Shown: positions 30,222 through 40,175 of the stretch, in pieces
Layout: each line of letters opens with the position of its first letter
How positions within the stretch are numbered: the stretch's first letter is position 1
From: Alkalispirochaeta sp.
Lineage (GTDB): Bacteria > Spirochaetota > Spirochaetia > DSM-27196 > Alkalispirochaetaceae
Direction of reading: 5' to 3'
Length of the DNA stretch: 64,000 nt
Assembly (NCBI GenBank): GCA_965601925.1
Contig: OZ271854.1
Coordinates: 4,512,001 to 4,576,000 of the forward strand
The notes under the pieces: model-generated
Told to the model about the DNA's origin: nothing
What the model saw: the letters and a program-made list of their open reading frames with translations, nothing else
The model's database searches: none
Made by a program: the position numbers and the translations under genes

Positions 30222-31874
30222 TTACCGTACATCCCGACGTCGTGCGACAAGACCGCGAAAACTTCCGAAGAGTAAGGCGACGACCGTTGCGGCGACGAAA
30301 ACGCCGGCCATCCAGTCGCCCCACGCGGTGTAGACCGTCGAACGGTCGGTATAAATCGGAACGTCGCCGACCAGTGCACCCTCTTGAAAGGGAGGATAGA
30401 GGTCGAGGAGGCGGCCGTTCGGGTCGATAATCGTCGTCATTCCGCCGTTGGTGCTGCGAACCATGGAGCGCCGATTTTCCACGGCCCGAAAGACGGCCAT
30501 ACCCATGTGCTGCATGGCCGAGGGCTCCGAGTACGACCACAGATCGTTGGTTAAGTTGACGAACACATCCGATCCGCGACGTACGAACTCCCGCGTGAGA
30601 TATCCGAACGTGTCCTCGAAACAGATCGGCGTAGAAAACCGAATACCGTCGAGCTCAAAGATCGTCCAATCGGTACCTTGTCCCCAGAAGTTGGTGTTGT
30701 TCTCGATAAGGAGCGTGTGGAGCCACGGCAGCTGACGTTCGTAGGGAAAGTGCTCGGTAAAGGGCACGAGGTGAATCTTGCGATACGTTCCCTGCAATTG
30801 CCCGCCCGATTCGAACACGAGCACCGCATTGTAGTCCACGCGGTCAAGCTCGCCGGCGCCGTCTCGTTCGAGTTGTCCGTCGCTGTTACCGATGACGAAC
30901 GGCACGGTCTGCTCGCCGAGGTACTCGGTCAGCTCGCGCACCAGCTCGAATCGCTCTTGGTCGGTACGATATCGGGTATGAAAATCGATTGACGGGACGA
31001 ACGACGTCTCCGACCAAATCACCGCATCCACGTCGTGTTCGGCCAATGCGCGATCGCTCTCTCTGGTGAGAATCTCCAGACTTCGTTCGTACGCACGAAA
31101 TCCGCCGACCCACGGATCGACGTTCTGCTGCACAAGGGCGAGCCGCCACGTGCGCGCTTCGCCGTAATCGACCGGCGAGAGGAGTCCGTATAGAATCGTG
31201 CCGGCGAACAGAACGGCGTATCCGACGAGCTCCAGTGCGCGCCAAGCCAGAAGCGGTCGGAGTCGCTTCCACGAGAAGAGCACCTCACCACCGTGATCGT
31301 TGATAATCTGGGCCAGAAAAAAGGAGGGGAGAACGACGAGAAAGGACACGCCCCATACGCCGGCAAAATCGGCGATTTGGATAAGAACCGGTGCGGGAAA
31401 GAGCGCATAGCCCATAATGCCGTAGGAATACCCGAGGAATCCCTGTGTGCGCGCCCACTCGTAACTCATCCACACGAGAACCTGTATCAAAAACGACCAT
31501 CGCCCGAACAGACGATCGGCGATCCATAGCAACGGAAATACGAGGAAAAAGTATCCCGCGTAGATAACCGGAACGATAAAAATCGCTAAGGGATGGAAGT
31601 TGACGAGCCAGTAATTAAAGAGCGCATATGTCGCAAAGCCGTACAACGCTCCGTACAGAGGAGTTGTCCACCACCGCATACGCCGAATCGCCACGCCTAC
31701 GGGAACGAGTGCTATGAAGGCGACGGGAAACAAACCGAAACGAAATACGCGGTTGGGAAAGGCGGTGGCGAACAGTATCGCCCCAAGTATGATCAGCCCT
31801 ACGATCGCCGTCTCGCGAGATGCGACGGGAATGCGGCGAACTCCCCGGTCGGGCGCGCGGCGAGTCAACTCCAC
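30222..31874 (-). CDS. lnt: Apolipoprotein N-acyltransferase (paralogue 2)
   Basis: QQN, WSET, YRKIHLVPFTE, ICFED, NLTND, RAVENRR. Confidence 0.92.
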   Translation of the reverse strand: MELTRRAPDRGVRRIPVASRETAIVGLIILGAILFATAFPNRVFRFGLFPVAFIALVPVGVAIRRMRWWTTPLYGALYGFATYALFNYWLVNFHPLAIFIVPVIYAGYFFLVFPLLWIADRLFGRWSFLIQVLVWMSYEWARTQGFLGYSYGIMGYALFPAPVLIQIADFAGVWGVSFLVVLPSFFLAQIINDHGGEVLFSWKRLRPLLAWRALELVGYAVLFAGTILYGLLSPVDYGEARTWRLALVQQNVDPWVGGFRAYERSLEILTRESDRALAEHDVDAVIWSETSFVPSIDFHTRYRTDQERFELVRELTEYLGEQTVPFVIGNSDGQLERDGAGELDRVDYNAVLVFESGGQLQGTYRKIHLVPFTEHFPYERQLPWLHTLLIENNTNFWGQGTDWTIFELDGIRFSTPICFEDTFGYLTREFVRRGSDVFVNLTNDLWSYSEPSAMQHMGMAVFRAVENRRSMVRSTNGGMTTIIDPNGRLLDLYPPFQEGALVGDVPIYTDRSTVYTAWGDWMAGVFVAATVVALLFGSFRGLVARRRDVR

Positions 31875-31884
31875 AGCGTCTGAA

Positions 31885-32187
31885 TCAACTACGCAACGAC
31901 CAGCTCGCTTCTCGGAGCTCTTTGCCGGGTCGAAATACGACGACGCCGTGGTTCTGCACGGTCACCTGCTCGCCGGTTTTGGGATTCCGGGCGTGCTGTC
32001 GCCCCTTGCGAGTGCGGATTTCGAAGGTGCCGAAGCCGCGAAACTCGACAATCTTGTCTTGAAGAAGAGCCGTCTTCACCTCTCCGAAAAAGGAATCGAT
32101 AATCGTATGGATGTCTTTCTTACTGACATCGATCTGCTCACCGATATGTTCGACGATCTCGGCTTTGGTTAGTTTCGAACCCGGCAC
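31885..32187 (-). CDS. HU/IHF family nucleoid protein (Hbb-like)
   Basis: EFRGFGTFE, ARNPKTGE, FRPGKEL; adjacent to rpsT. Confidence 0.92.
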   Translation of the reverse strand: MPGSKLTKAEIVEHIGEQIDVSKKDIHTIIDSFFGEVKTALLQDKIVEFRGFGTFEIRTRKGRQHARNPKTGEQVTVQNHGVVVFRPGKELREASWSLRS

Positions 32188-32204
32188 GATTCCTCCGATG
32201 CGGC

Positions 32205-32471
32205 TTATGACTGAATCGCGTTGACTCTATGCGCCATACGGGACTTTTTGCGACCCGCAGTGTTCTTATGATACACGCCTTTACGCGCGGCGGAATCGAT
32301 GAGAGCAACGTATGAACGAAGCGCCTCGTCCGCGGCACTCCTCTCGTTGGAGGCGACGGCGCTGAGCACCCTCTTCGCACTGGAGCGTACCTCGCTGCGA
32401 ATCGCTTTGTTTTTCATGCGCCGCTTCTCGCTCTGACGATGACGCTTGGCGGCAGAACCCTTGGTAATCAA
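32205..32471 (-). CDS. rpsT: 30S ribosomal protein S20
   Basis: SAAKRHRQSEKRR, KGVYHKNTAGRKKSR; TTG start after GGGAGG. Confidence 0.95.
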   Translation of the reverse strand: MITKGSAAKRHRQSEKRRMKNKAIRSEVRSSAKRVLSAVASNERSAADEALRSYVALIDSAARKGVYHKNTAGRKKSRMAHRVNAIQS

Positions 32472-32591
32472 AAGAATTATCCTCCCTGGTCAAATAGATA
32501 ACAGCTGCAGACCGTAGCAGATATTCGAACGACGTGTCAACGAAGACAACGCTTAACATAGATCGATGATTCCGGGTAGTGTAGGTGCCGG

Positions 32592-33338
32592 ATGCGAGCA
32601 ACGCTGTTTTTTTGTCTCATCATCGCTCAATTGGTGTGGTGGGACCTTCTCGACAAGGTACGCATCGCCGTAAGCACATCCCACGCTCGGCGCGTCATGA
32701 ATCGCTACGTCCCCTTGAGGGCGCGCAGACTTTTTGCGATCGCGCGCCGTTTCGCCGGCCTCCGACTGCAGATCGACCTCGACGACCGGGATTATCCCGA
32801 TCGGTTCGTGATTCTCGCCAACCATCAGAGCGTCATCGATATCGTGGCCATCATGGCGGCCTTTCGCCACCATTCGGTCCGGTTCGTCGCGAAACGGGAG
32901 TTGGGCAAATGGTTTCCGGCAGTCTCGCGCGTGCTGCGAGTCCAGCGACACGCCCTCATAAACCGCAGCGGTGATGTCGCTCAGGCGATGCATGAGATAG
33001 AGCGACTTGGAAGGGACCTCGGCCCCGGCGAGGCGATCGTTATTTTTCCCGAAGGAACGCGCTCTCGCGACGGCCGCGTCCATACGTTCCATTCGGGCGC
33101 TCTTCGTCGATTGTTGCGTGCTCGCTCGTTGCCGCTGGTCATCGTCGCCCTTGACGGCGGCTGGCGACTTTCGCGATTAAGCGACCTCACACAGATGCGC
33201 ACGGGGCATCGCTATCGCATCAAGGGAGTGACCATCATGGATGCGGCTCACGACAAGCGCGCCCTGCTCGAGTCGGTAGCGCACGCCCGGGAGCTCATAG
33301 ACGATACCATCGCCGGGTGGCGATCGACCGGAGAGTGA
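32592..33338 (+). CDS. plsC: 1-acyl-sn-glycerol-3-phosphate (lysophospholipid) acyltransferase
   Basis: NHQSVID, FVAKREL, FPEGTRS. Confidence 0.85.
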   Translation: MRATLFFCLIIAQLVWWDLLDKVRIAVSTSHARRVMNRYVPLRARRLFAIARRFAGLRLQIDLDDRDYPDRFVILANHQSVIDIVAIMAAFRHHSVRFVAKRELGKWFPAVSRVLRVQRHALINRSGDVAQAMHEIERLGRDLGPGEAIVIFPEGTRSRDGRVHTFHSGALRRLLRARSLPLVIVALDGGWRLSRLSDLTQMRTGHRYRIKGVTIMDAAHDKRALLESVAHARELIDDTIAGWRSTGE

Positions 33339-33342
33339 CGAT

Positions 33343-35094
33343 ATCGCAGTATTATCCGAGTTTCGTACGCTTCTACCCCTCCTGAGACGCTATCGATGGC
33401 GTTATGTCGCCGGCATCATCTCGCTGCTGGTGACCAGCGGAGCTCAACTACTCATTCCCCAGTTTATCGGTCGCGCCGTCGATCTATTGGTTGACGGTAT
33501 CGGCGAACCGCGAAGGATCGGGGCGCTTATGGCGGCTATGATCGGCGTTGCGGTCGTCATCGCCGCGGGACGTCTGGGATGGCGCTTTTTCATTCACGGG
33601 TCGAGCAGGCGTATCGAGACCGAGCTCCGTGCACGCTTGTACGCACATCTCCTCACTCTCCCCTCTTCGTACTATCAACGGGTCAAGACCGGCGACCTGA
33701 TGGCGCGGGCCACCAACGATATGAACGCGATTAGGATGGCGGTCGGCATGGCGCTAGTCGCCTTCTTCGACGGCCTGTTTATGACGGTGGCGATCCTCTC
33801 GATCCTCATCAGCCAAAATCCGCGCCTCGCGCTGCTCACCGTCATTCCATTGCCGATCATTACCATTTCGATGGTGATTCTGGGAGGCCGCATCGGGCGG
33901 CTTTTTCGGTCGGTACAGGAGGGTTTCTCCGCTATGAGCGACCAGGCGCAGGAGGCGTTCAGCGGTATTCGCGTAATCAAAGCGTTCGTTAAGGAGGCGT
34001 ACTTCCTCAGACGTTTTGCCGACGCGAACGACGCCTACCAAAGTCGAAACATGAAACTCGTGAGAATCTGGGGAATCTTCTTTCCTCTGGTGGGGTTTCT
34101 CTCGGGCCTGACGCTATTGATGCTCCTCTGGTTCGGCGGGCGCTCATTGATTGCCGGCGAAATCTCGACCGGGAACTTCGTCACCATTCTGAGTTATCTG
34201 CAAATGCTGATCTGGCCCATGATGGGAGCGGGATTTACCATCAACATGTTGCAACGCGGTGCGGCCTCGCTCGGGAGGATCAATGCGGTCCTCGATACCG
34301 CGCCGTCGATCATCTCTCCGCCCGGTGCCGTGACGAGACCGATCGCGGGACATGTCGAGATCCGAAACGTGACCCACCGCTTCCCCGACTCCGGGCGCGC
34401 TGCGTTGCACAACGTAAGCGTCAGCGTGGCACGGGGATCGATGCTCGGCGTTCTCGGTCGCACCGGGAGCGGTAAGTCGACCCTTATATCACTGCTTCCA
34501 CGCCTCCTGGACCCTCCTCCGGGGACGGTGTTCATAGACGGAACGGATGTTCGCGAATACGATCTGGATACTTTGCGGCGAGGGTTCGCCGTCGTACCGC
34601 AATCCGCCTTTCTCTTCTCCGCCTCAATTGCCGAGAACATCCGCTTCGGCAGGCCCGATGCGAACGACGAAGAGGTTGAGAGGGTCGGAACGACGGCGGC
34701 GATCGACACCGATATCGCCGATTTTCCGGATCGGTGGGATACCATTGTAGGGGAGCGGGGAGTAACCCTTTCGGGCGGTCAAAGACAACGCATCGCATTA
34801 GCACGTGCGCTACTCGTCGATGCCGAGGTGCTTATTCTCGACGATGCGCTGTCCGCTGTGGACAGCGACACCGAGGAGCGTATTCTCACCGCCCTCGAAA
34901 CGTTACGACGGGGGCGGACGACCGTCGTCGTCTCCAATCGAGTGTCCACCTTGGCGGGCTCGGATCTCATCATCGTGCTCGAAGAGGGCGAAATCGTTCA
35001 GCGGGGCACACATTTTTCGCTTATCGAAGAGCCCGGATTCTATCGCGAGATATATCGGCTTCAACAACGGGAACGCGCAAGGGAGCGTCGATGA
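33343..35094 (+). CDS. ABC exporter half-transporter (TMD+NBD), degenerate-site subunit; start codon uncertain
   Basis: TGDLMARATND, GRTGSGKST, LSGGQRQR, LILDDA, SNR; first canonical start (GTG 33430) truncates TM1. Confidence 0.85.
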   Translation: MAVLSEFRTLLPLLRRYRWRYVAGIISLLVTSGAQLLIPQFIGRAVDLLVDGIGEPRRIGALMAAMIGVAVVIAAGRLGWRFFIHGSSRRIETELRARLYAHLLTLPSSYYQRVKTGDLMARATNDMNAIRMAVGMALVAFFDGLFMTVAILSILISQNPRLALLTVIPLPIITISMVILGGRIGRLFRSVQEGFSAMSDQAQEAFSGIRVIKAFVKEAYFLRRFADANDAYQSRNMKLVRIWGIFFPLVGFLSGLTLLMLLWFGGRSLIAGEISTGNFVTILSYLQMLIWPMMGAGFTINMLQRGAASLGRINAVLDTAPSIISPPGAVTRPIAGHVEIRNVTHRFPDSGRAALHNVSVSVARGSMLGVLGRTGSGKSTLISLLPRLLDPPPGTVFIDGTDVREYDLDTLRRGFAVVPQSAFLFSASIAENIRFGRPDANDEEVERVGTTAAIDTDIADFPDRWDTIVGERGVTLSGGQRQRIALARALLVDAEVLILDDALSAVDSDTEERILTALETLRRGRTTVVVSNRVSTLAGSDLIIVLEEGEIVQRGTHFSLIEEPGFYREIYRLQQRERARERR

Positions 35095-37187
35095 TTCACC
35101 ACCAGGATGAAAAGATCATTGCCGGATACGACCCGGCCCTGATGCGGCGTCTGGCTGCGTTTGCCCGCCCGTACGGTCGCTATATCGTCGTCGCCTTTAC
35201 ATGTTTGTTGATCGCCACCGTCGGCGACGTGCTCCTGCCGGTGGTCATCCAACGCACCATAGACCACGAGATCCTCGATTTCTGGATCGGCGTCGATCCC
35301 GCTTCGGTCGACCGCTTCAACCGGGCGGGCGAGACGTTGCGAATCGGTAATACGGTGTATCTTCGAGAGGAGTTTCTCGACCAAATCTCGCGGCCTCAAC
35401 GCGACGAGATGCGCGAAGAGGGCGCGTTGGACCCTCGACGCTTCGTCATTATTCCCGCCGACGCCGTTATTGATAACCCGCCGATTGCACAGAAGATTCT
35501 CACCGAACGTGTCGGTACCGACGGATCGTGGGAGGTCTATCCGCGTACGGTAATCGATCGTCTCGAGAGGAGTGAGCGCCTTTCTCTACGCACCGACAAC
35601 GTGCAGGGGCTCCGGCGTAACGTGGTGGTGTTCTCAATTATTCTGGTCGGTGTGCTCGTATCGAGCTTCGGCCAGGTCTATCTCACCGCGTACACCGGCC
35701 AGCTCGTGATGAAACGACTGCGGCTGGAGGTGTTCGGCCATACGATGGGGCAAAATCTCGGATTTCTGGGAAACCAAGCGGTTGGGCGATTGGTAACGCG
35801 GGCGACCAACGACGTCGAGACGATCAACGAACTCTTCACATCCGTGCTGTCGGAACTGACGCGCAACGTCTGTCTGATGATCGCTGTCGTCATTACCATG
35901 ATTTCTCTCAATGCACGTCTGGCGGGCATCGTGCTATTGAGCATGATTCCGATCGTCGTACTCACCGATATATTCCGGCGTCGTGCACGCGAGGCGTTTC
36001 GCCGGGCGCGCCGCGCCGTGAGCGTCGTAAACGCCTATTTAGCCGAGTACATCTCCGGCATGTCCATCGTTCAAATGTTCGTACAACAGCATCGCAGCCG
36101 TCGCGAGTTCGACGAACGCAACGAGGAACTACTCGGCGCCCACATCGCCGAAATGCACGTCTTTGCCGTGTTTCGCCCGATTGTAGACTTCATGGCGACC
36201 ACGTCGACAGCGGTGGTGATCTTCTTCGGTGCGCGTCTGTTGAACGTAGATTTAGTCTCTTTAGGCGTGCTCGTCGCGTTTGCCAACTTGATTCGCCGAT
36301 TCTACATGCCCGTTATGATGATCTCAGAACAATTTACGGTACTTCAGGGGGCGATGGCGGGCGCGGAGCGAGTCTTTTCACTCCTGGATGAGCGCCATCG
36401 CATCGCCGACGACGGCACAGAGAGGATCGAGCGCTCGTCGGTGCGGGGCGCGATCCGTTTTGACGAGGTACATTTCGCCTATAAACCGAGCGAGCCGGTT
36501 CTTGCAGGGCTCTCATTCGCCGTGGAGCCGGGACAGATGGTCGCGATCGTGGGATATACCGGCGCCGGAAAAACGACGATTATCAACGTCCTCACCCGCC
36601 TCTGGGATATCGAACGCGGTTCAATATCGATCGACGGCGCCGACATTCGTACGATTCCTCTTGCGACGTTACGGAGCATCGTTCAGCCGATCCAACAAGA
36701 CGTATATCTATTCAGCGATACGATACGTAACAATATCACCCTCGGCGAGCCGGTCGACGACGAGACGGTGTGGCGCGCGTGCGAGGCGGTCCAAATCGGC
36801 GACTATATCAGGGGACTTCCCGAGGGCCTGGATACGGTTCTGCATGAGAGGGGGACCGATCTTTCGGCGGGGCAGCGACAGTTGGTCTCGTTCGCCCGCG
36901 TTCTGGTTCACGATCCGCCGATACTCCTCTTGGACGAGGCGACCTCAAATATCGACAGTGAGACGGAGCATACACTCCAACGCGCCGTGGAAACGGTGAC
37001 CGGCGGGCGAACCTCGCTGGTCATCGCCCATCGCCTCTCCACGATTCAGCACGCCGATACGATACTGGTACTATCACACGGTACACTGGAGGAGCAGGGA
37101 ACGCACGCGGAACTGGTCGAACGGAACGGACTCTACGCTACTCTCGACCGATTGCAATACATTCAGCGGAGCAGTTTTCGAGATTGA
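35091..37187 (+). CDS. ABC exporter half-transporter (TMD+NBD), partner subunit
   Basis: ATGA overlap with previous gene; GYTGAGKTT, LSAGQRQ, LLDEAT, AHRLST. Confidence 0.9.
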   Translation: MIHHQDEKIIAGYDPALMRRLAAFARPYGRYIVVAFTCLLIATVGDVLLPVVIQRTIDHEILDFWIGVDPASVDRFNRAGETLRIGNTVYLREEFLDQISRPQRDEMREEGALDPRRFVIIPADAVIDNPPIAQKILTERVGTDGSWEVYPRTVIDRLERSERLSLRTDNVQGLRRNVVVFSIILVGVLVSSFGQVYLTAYTGQLVMKRLRLEVFGHTMGQNLGFLGNQAVGRLVTRATNDVETINELFTSVLSELTRNVCLMIAVVITMISLNARLAGIVLLSMIPIVVLTDIFRRRAREAFRRARRAVSVVNAYLAEYISGMSIVQMFVQQHRSRREFDERNEELLGAHIAEMHVFAVFRPIVDFMATTSTAVVIFFGARLLNVDLVSLGVLVAFANLIRRFYMPVMMISEQFTVLQGAMAGAERVFSLLDERHRIADDGTERIERSSVRGAIRFDEVHFAYKPSEPVLAGLSFAVEPGQMVAIVGYTGAGKTTIINVLTRLWDIERGSISIDGADIRTIPLATLRSIVQPIQQDVYLFSDTIRNNITLGEPVDDETVWRACEAVQIGDYIRGLPEGLDTVLHERGTDLSAGQRQLVSFARVLVHDPPILLLDEATSNIDSETEHTLQRAVETVTGGRTSLVIAHRLSTIQHADTILVLSHGTLEEQGTHAELVERNGLYATLDRLQYIQRSSFRD

Positions 37188-38019
37188 CTTCCCACTCCGG
37201 CTGTTGGCGCTTGCCCCGACCACGGACCGTCTCGCGACGAGTGAGAGCACAAATGGGCACGGAAGTGCATTGTCCTCCGGGGCCGAACATGCGCACCTGC
37301 TTACTCAAAATATTTATCTCTTGAACGCGAAAGACGTCCCCTTCCATGCTCACGAGCGTGCCCTCGCGGGGATACCGTTTGCGTTCATCCTGATAAAAGT
37401 TGTGCTCGTAGGCCAAACAGCACAGCAGACGTCCGCACGGTCCCGAAACCTTCATAGAATTGAGCGAGTAATTCTGATTCTTCGCCATGCGAATAGAGAC
37501 CGGTGCCAGACGATCCGACACACCGTTGCAGCACAGCCTGCGGCCGCAGATTCCCATACCGCCGAGAATGCGTGTCTCGTCGCGCACACCGATTTGCCTG
37601 AGCTCGACGCGCACGTGAAACCGCGACACCAGATCGCGCACCAGGTTCCGAAAGTCGACGCGATGATCGGACACGAAAAAAAACAGTAGTTTGGAACGAT
37701 CCAATAGGTAGTGCGCGCTGACCACTCGCATATCGAGTCCGTGGGCCTCCACACGCTCGGAGCACACCTTGGACGCTTGCGCGGCCTCCTCTTCGTGGCG
37801 GCGATGGTGCTCCATGTCGGCGGGCGTTGCAACGCGATCGACTCTACAGACCGACTTGTACGCCGACCGGCCGCGCTCGCTGACCGTGCCGATCGCCGAA
37901 CCGATATCCTGTCCGTAACGCCCCTGGTATACGATGTTCCACCCTATGTTGATCTGAAGCCCGCCCGTCTCGCAGAGATCTGTTTCGCGGGTATGAATGT
38001 TACGGACCACCAGCTCCAT
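37138..38019 (-). CDS. PSP1/RicT (YaaT) family Fe-S protein
   Basis: RVDFRNLVRDL, RQIGVRDE, GICGRRLCC, SGPCGRLLCCLAYE. Confidence 0.9.
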   Translation of the reverse strand: MELVVRNIHTRETDLCETGGLQINIGWNIVYQGRYGQDIGSAIGTVSERGRSAYKSVCRVDRVATPADMEHHRRHEEEAAQASKVCSERVEAHGLDMRVVSAHYLLDRSKLLFFFVSDHRVDFRNLVRDLVSRFHVRVELRQIGVRDETRILGGMGICGRRLCCNGVSDRLAPVSIRMAKNQNYSLNSMKVSGPCGRLLCCLAYEHNFYQDERKRYPREGTLVSMEGDVFRVQEINILSKQVRMFGPGGQCTSVPICALTRRETVRGRGKRQQPEWEVNLENCSAECIAIGRE

Positions 38020-38034
38020 GAGATGCTCCTTGCC

Positions 38035-38538
38035 TTAATGAATCAGATCGATCAGCATGCCTCGTATCGCCTCTAAGCGCCCGAGGATATCGAACTGCGC
38101 ATCCTGAGTCTGCAATAAACCGGTGATGAGTCGGTCTACCGATCGATTGATATCAGTCAAGAGATAGTAACGTTTTCGCGACATTATACCACGACTCGAC
38201 TCACTGATTTGAACGTGATTCGCGTCGGGTACGACGTTCCGCAAAAAGAGCTGAACCGCCTCGCGATACGCTTGAGCGGCGGAGAATGTTCGCTCGTTGA
38301 GAAGACGTTGTCCCGCCTCGTGCACCGCATCGAGAAGTTTCTCCGTCGAGCCGTCGACGCCGGCGGGCGACGTTCCCGACGCTTGAAATACGTCACCTGT
38401 CGTTGCCGGCGGGTCCGCCTCGCCCGTCTCCTCCAAACGGCGCGCAAAACCGCCTGCCGTCTCCTCCCCGTGCCCAAGGCTGCGGCGCGAAGCGCGGCGG
38501 TCGAGACGGCGATTTCTATCGGAACGTATCGGTTCCAT
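38035..38538 (-). CDS. YaaR (DUF327) family protein
   Basis: GQRL...Y.EAV..FL, C-terminal IRGMLIDL; adjacent to PSP1 gene. Confidence 0.8.
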   Translation of the reverse strand: MEPIRSDRNRRLDRRASRRSLGHGEETAGGFARRLEETGEADPPATTGDVFQASGTSPAGVDGSTEKLLDAVHEAGQRLLNERTFSAAQAYREAVQLFLRNVVPDANHVQISESSRGIMSRKRYYLLTDINRSVDRLITGLLQTQDAQFDILGRLEAIRGMLIDLIH

Positions 38539-39011
38539 TAGCGCTGCCGATCCGGGACTCCGACGTCACTCCTCGGTCTTCTCTGGCGCCACGATCTCCT
38601 CGACCTGCCGTCGGTCGGCGGGAGAGCCGCGGTATCGACCGGGGCCTTTTCGGTACCGCTCTCACGCTCATCGCGCACTCCCCGTATATGCATCGCACCA
38701 TCGAGAATGACGCCCGACTCTACGATAATGCGGGGACTGTAGATGTTACCGATGATGACTGCCGTGTCGAGGGCGATAACTTTTTCGCTCGCATACACAG
38801 TGCCTCGGAATATGCCGCCGATCACGACCGTCGATGCGTCTATCGTGCAATCCGCTCGACCGCCTCGACCGATGATAACGCGACCGGCCGTCTTTATACC
38901 GCCTGAGAAATCGCCGTCGATCCGCAGCAAACCGGAGACGACGATGTTCCCTTTAAAAAAAGATCCCGTCCCTACGATGGAGTTTATGAGTGTCGCGTCG
39001 AGAGAAGGCAT
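38538..39011 (-). CDS. Bactofilin
   Basis: SIVGTGSFFKGNI, LRIDGDFSG, GVILDG. Confidence 0.9.
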   Translation of the reverse strand: MPSLDATLINSIVGTGSFFKGNIVVSGLLRIDGDFSGGIKTAGRVIIGRGGRADCTIDASTVVIGGIFRGTVYASEKVIALDTAVIIGNIYSPRIIVESGVILDGAMHIRGVRDERESGTEKAPVDTAALPPTDGRSRRSWRQRRPRSDVGVPDRQR

Positions 39012-39021
39012 ACCGAGACGA

Positions 39022-40005
39022 TCAGCGGGTGCCGGTACCGCCCCGCACGAAATCGTTGCTAATTTTTAAGAACGCCGCGGGATCCACTACATCGGTACCC
39101 AGAGTCACGATGAAATCCAGATGCGGACCGGTCGACATGCCGGTATTGCCCAGTGTCCCGATACGCTGACCCTGAACGACATCCTGTCCCTTATTCACGA
39201 GAATACTCTGGAGATGCGAATACTGCGTGCTGAATCCGTACCGGTGACGCAACACTATAAAGAAGCCGTACCCGCGATCGTTCCCCATCTCGACGACTTT
39301 GCCGTCGGCGCTCGCTACGATGGGAAGTCCCGGGGGACCGGCGATGTCGATTCCTTTGTGGAGATACCACTGGCCGGTAAAGGGGTGAATATTGGGTCCG
39401 AACTCCATCGTCACGCGTCCCATTCCGCTGGCGACCGGCCAGAAGTTCGGGATGTCGGACAACAACTCCTGCTGAGACTCGAGAACGACGCGCATCTCTC
39501 GCAGGGGATTCACCGCATCCTGAAGTGTACCGGAAAGGTCGCGGAGCTCCTGAATCTCCCTCACGCGATCGTCGGCCACCGCCTGAATATCGAAAAACGC
39601 CGCGAGATCGCCTCGGGTGACCGCCGCCGGGACCGTATCGTCGGGACGTTCGATACCGAGGCTATTGACGGTGTCGACCAACTCCTCGTCAAATGAACGC
39701 GCGGTGCGCAGCACGTTCTGCACTTCGTTCAACACCGCATCGAGATTCGCCTGACTATTGGCGAGTTGCTGTTCCTGATTATCTATGATGGCGGTCGAAC
39801 CGATATGGACGCTTGAAAAATACACGAAGCTTCCGAAAACGCCGACCAGAAGGAAAATACCGAAAACCAAAACGAGCGCGTTAACGTGGAAGTTGATTGC
39901 TCCTCGCTCGGAGTGAGGGATCAACATAACGGTGAACCGCTGCGTGAGAAAACTCCACACCCGACCTTTTTTCACTTGGTCGGACCAATGTCGCTTTGAT
40001 GACAC
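39022..40005 (-). CDS. M23 family metallopeptidase (TM + coiled coil + LytM)
   Basis: HKGID, YSHL, STGPHL. Confidence 0.9.
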   Translation of the reverse strand: MSSKRHWSDQVKKGRVWSFLTQRFTVMLIPHSERGAINFHVNALVLVFGIFLLVGVFGSFVYFSSVHIGSTAIIDNQEQQLANSQANLDAVLNEVQNVLRTARSFDEELVDTVNSLGIERPDDTVPAAVTRGDLAAFFDIQAVADDRVREIQELRDLSGTLQDAVNPLREMRVVLESQQELLSDIPNFWPVASGMGRVTMEFGPNIHPFTGQWYLHKGIDIAGPPGLPIVASADGKVVEMGNDRGYGFFIVLRHRYGFSTQYSHLQSILVNKGQDVVQGQRIGTLGNTGMSTGPHLDFIVTLGTDVVDPAAFLKISNDFVRGGTGTR

Positions 40006-40100
40006 CTGTGCTCCTTACGAAAGACCCTATCACAACAGACCAAAGAAGTCAATCTGTATAGAAATTTCGGCCTTTTTTGGCTCACAGAATAGGGTGTACC

Positions 40101-40129
40101 TTGACGAAACCTGACTATAGTGCTATTTT
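40101..40129 (+). promoter_or_regulatory. Sigma70 promoter of tatD
   Basis: TTGACG-17-TATTTT with TG extension. Confidence 0.55.
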
Positions 40130-40175
40130 TTCGTGGAGTCACATATAGACTAATCCGTTCCTTTTGGTAATCAGT

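Noticed and set aside
37138..37187. 50-nt convergent overlap between ABC exporter and PSP1 genes
   Set aside because: Only non-conserved tails overlap; common in GC-rich compact genomes.
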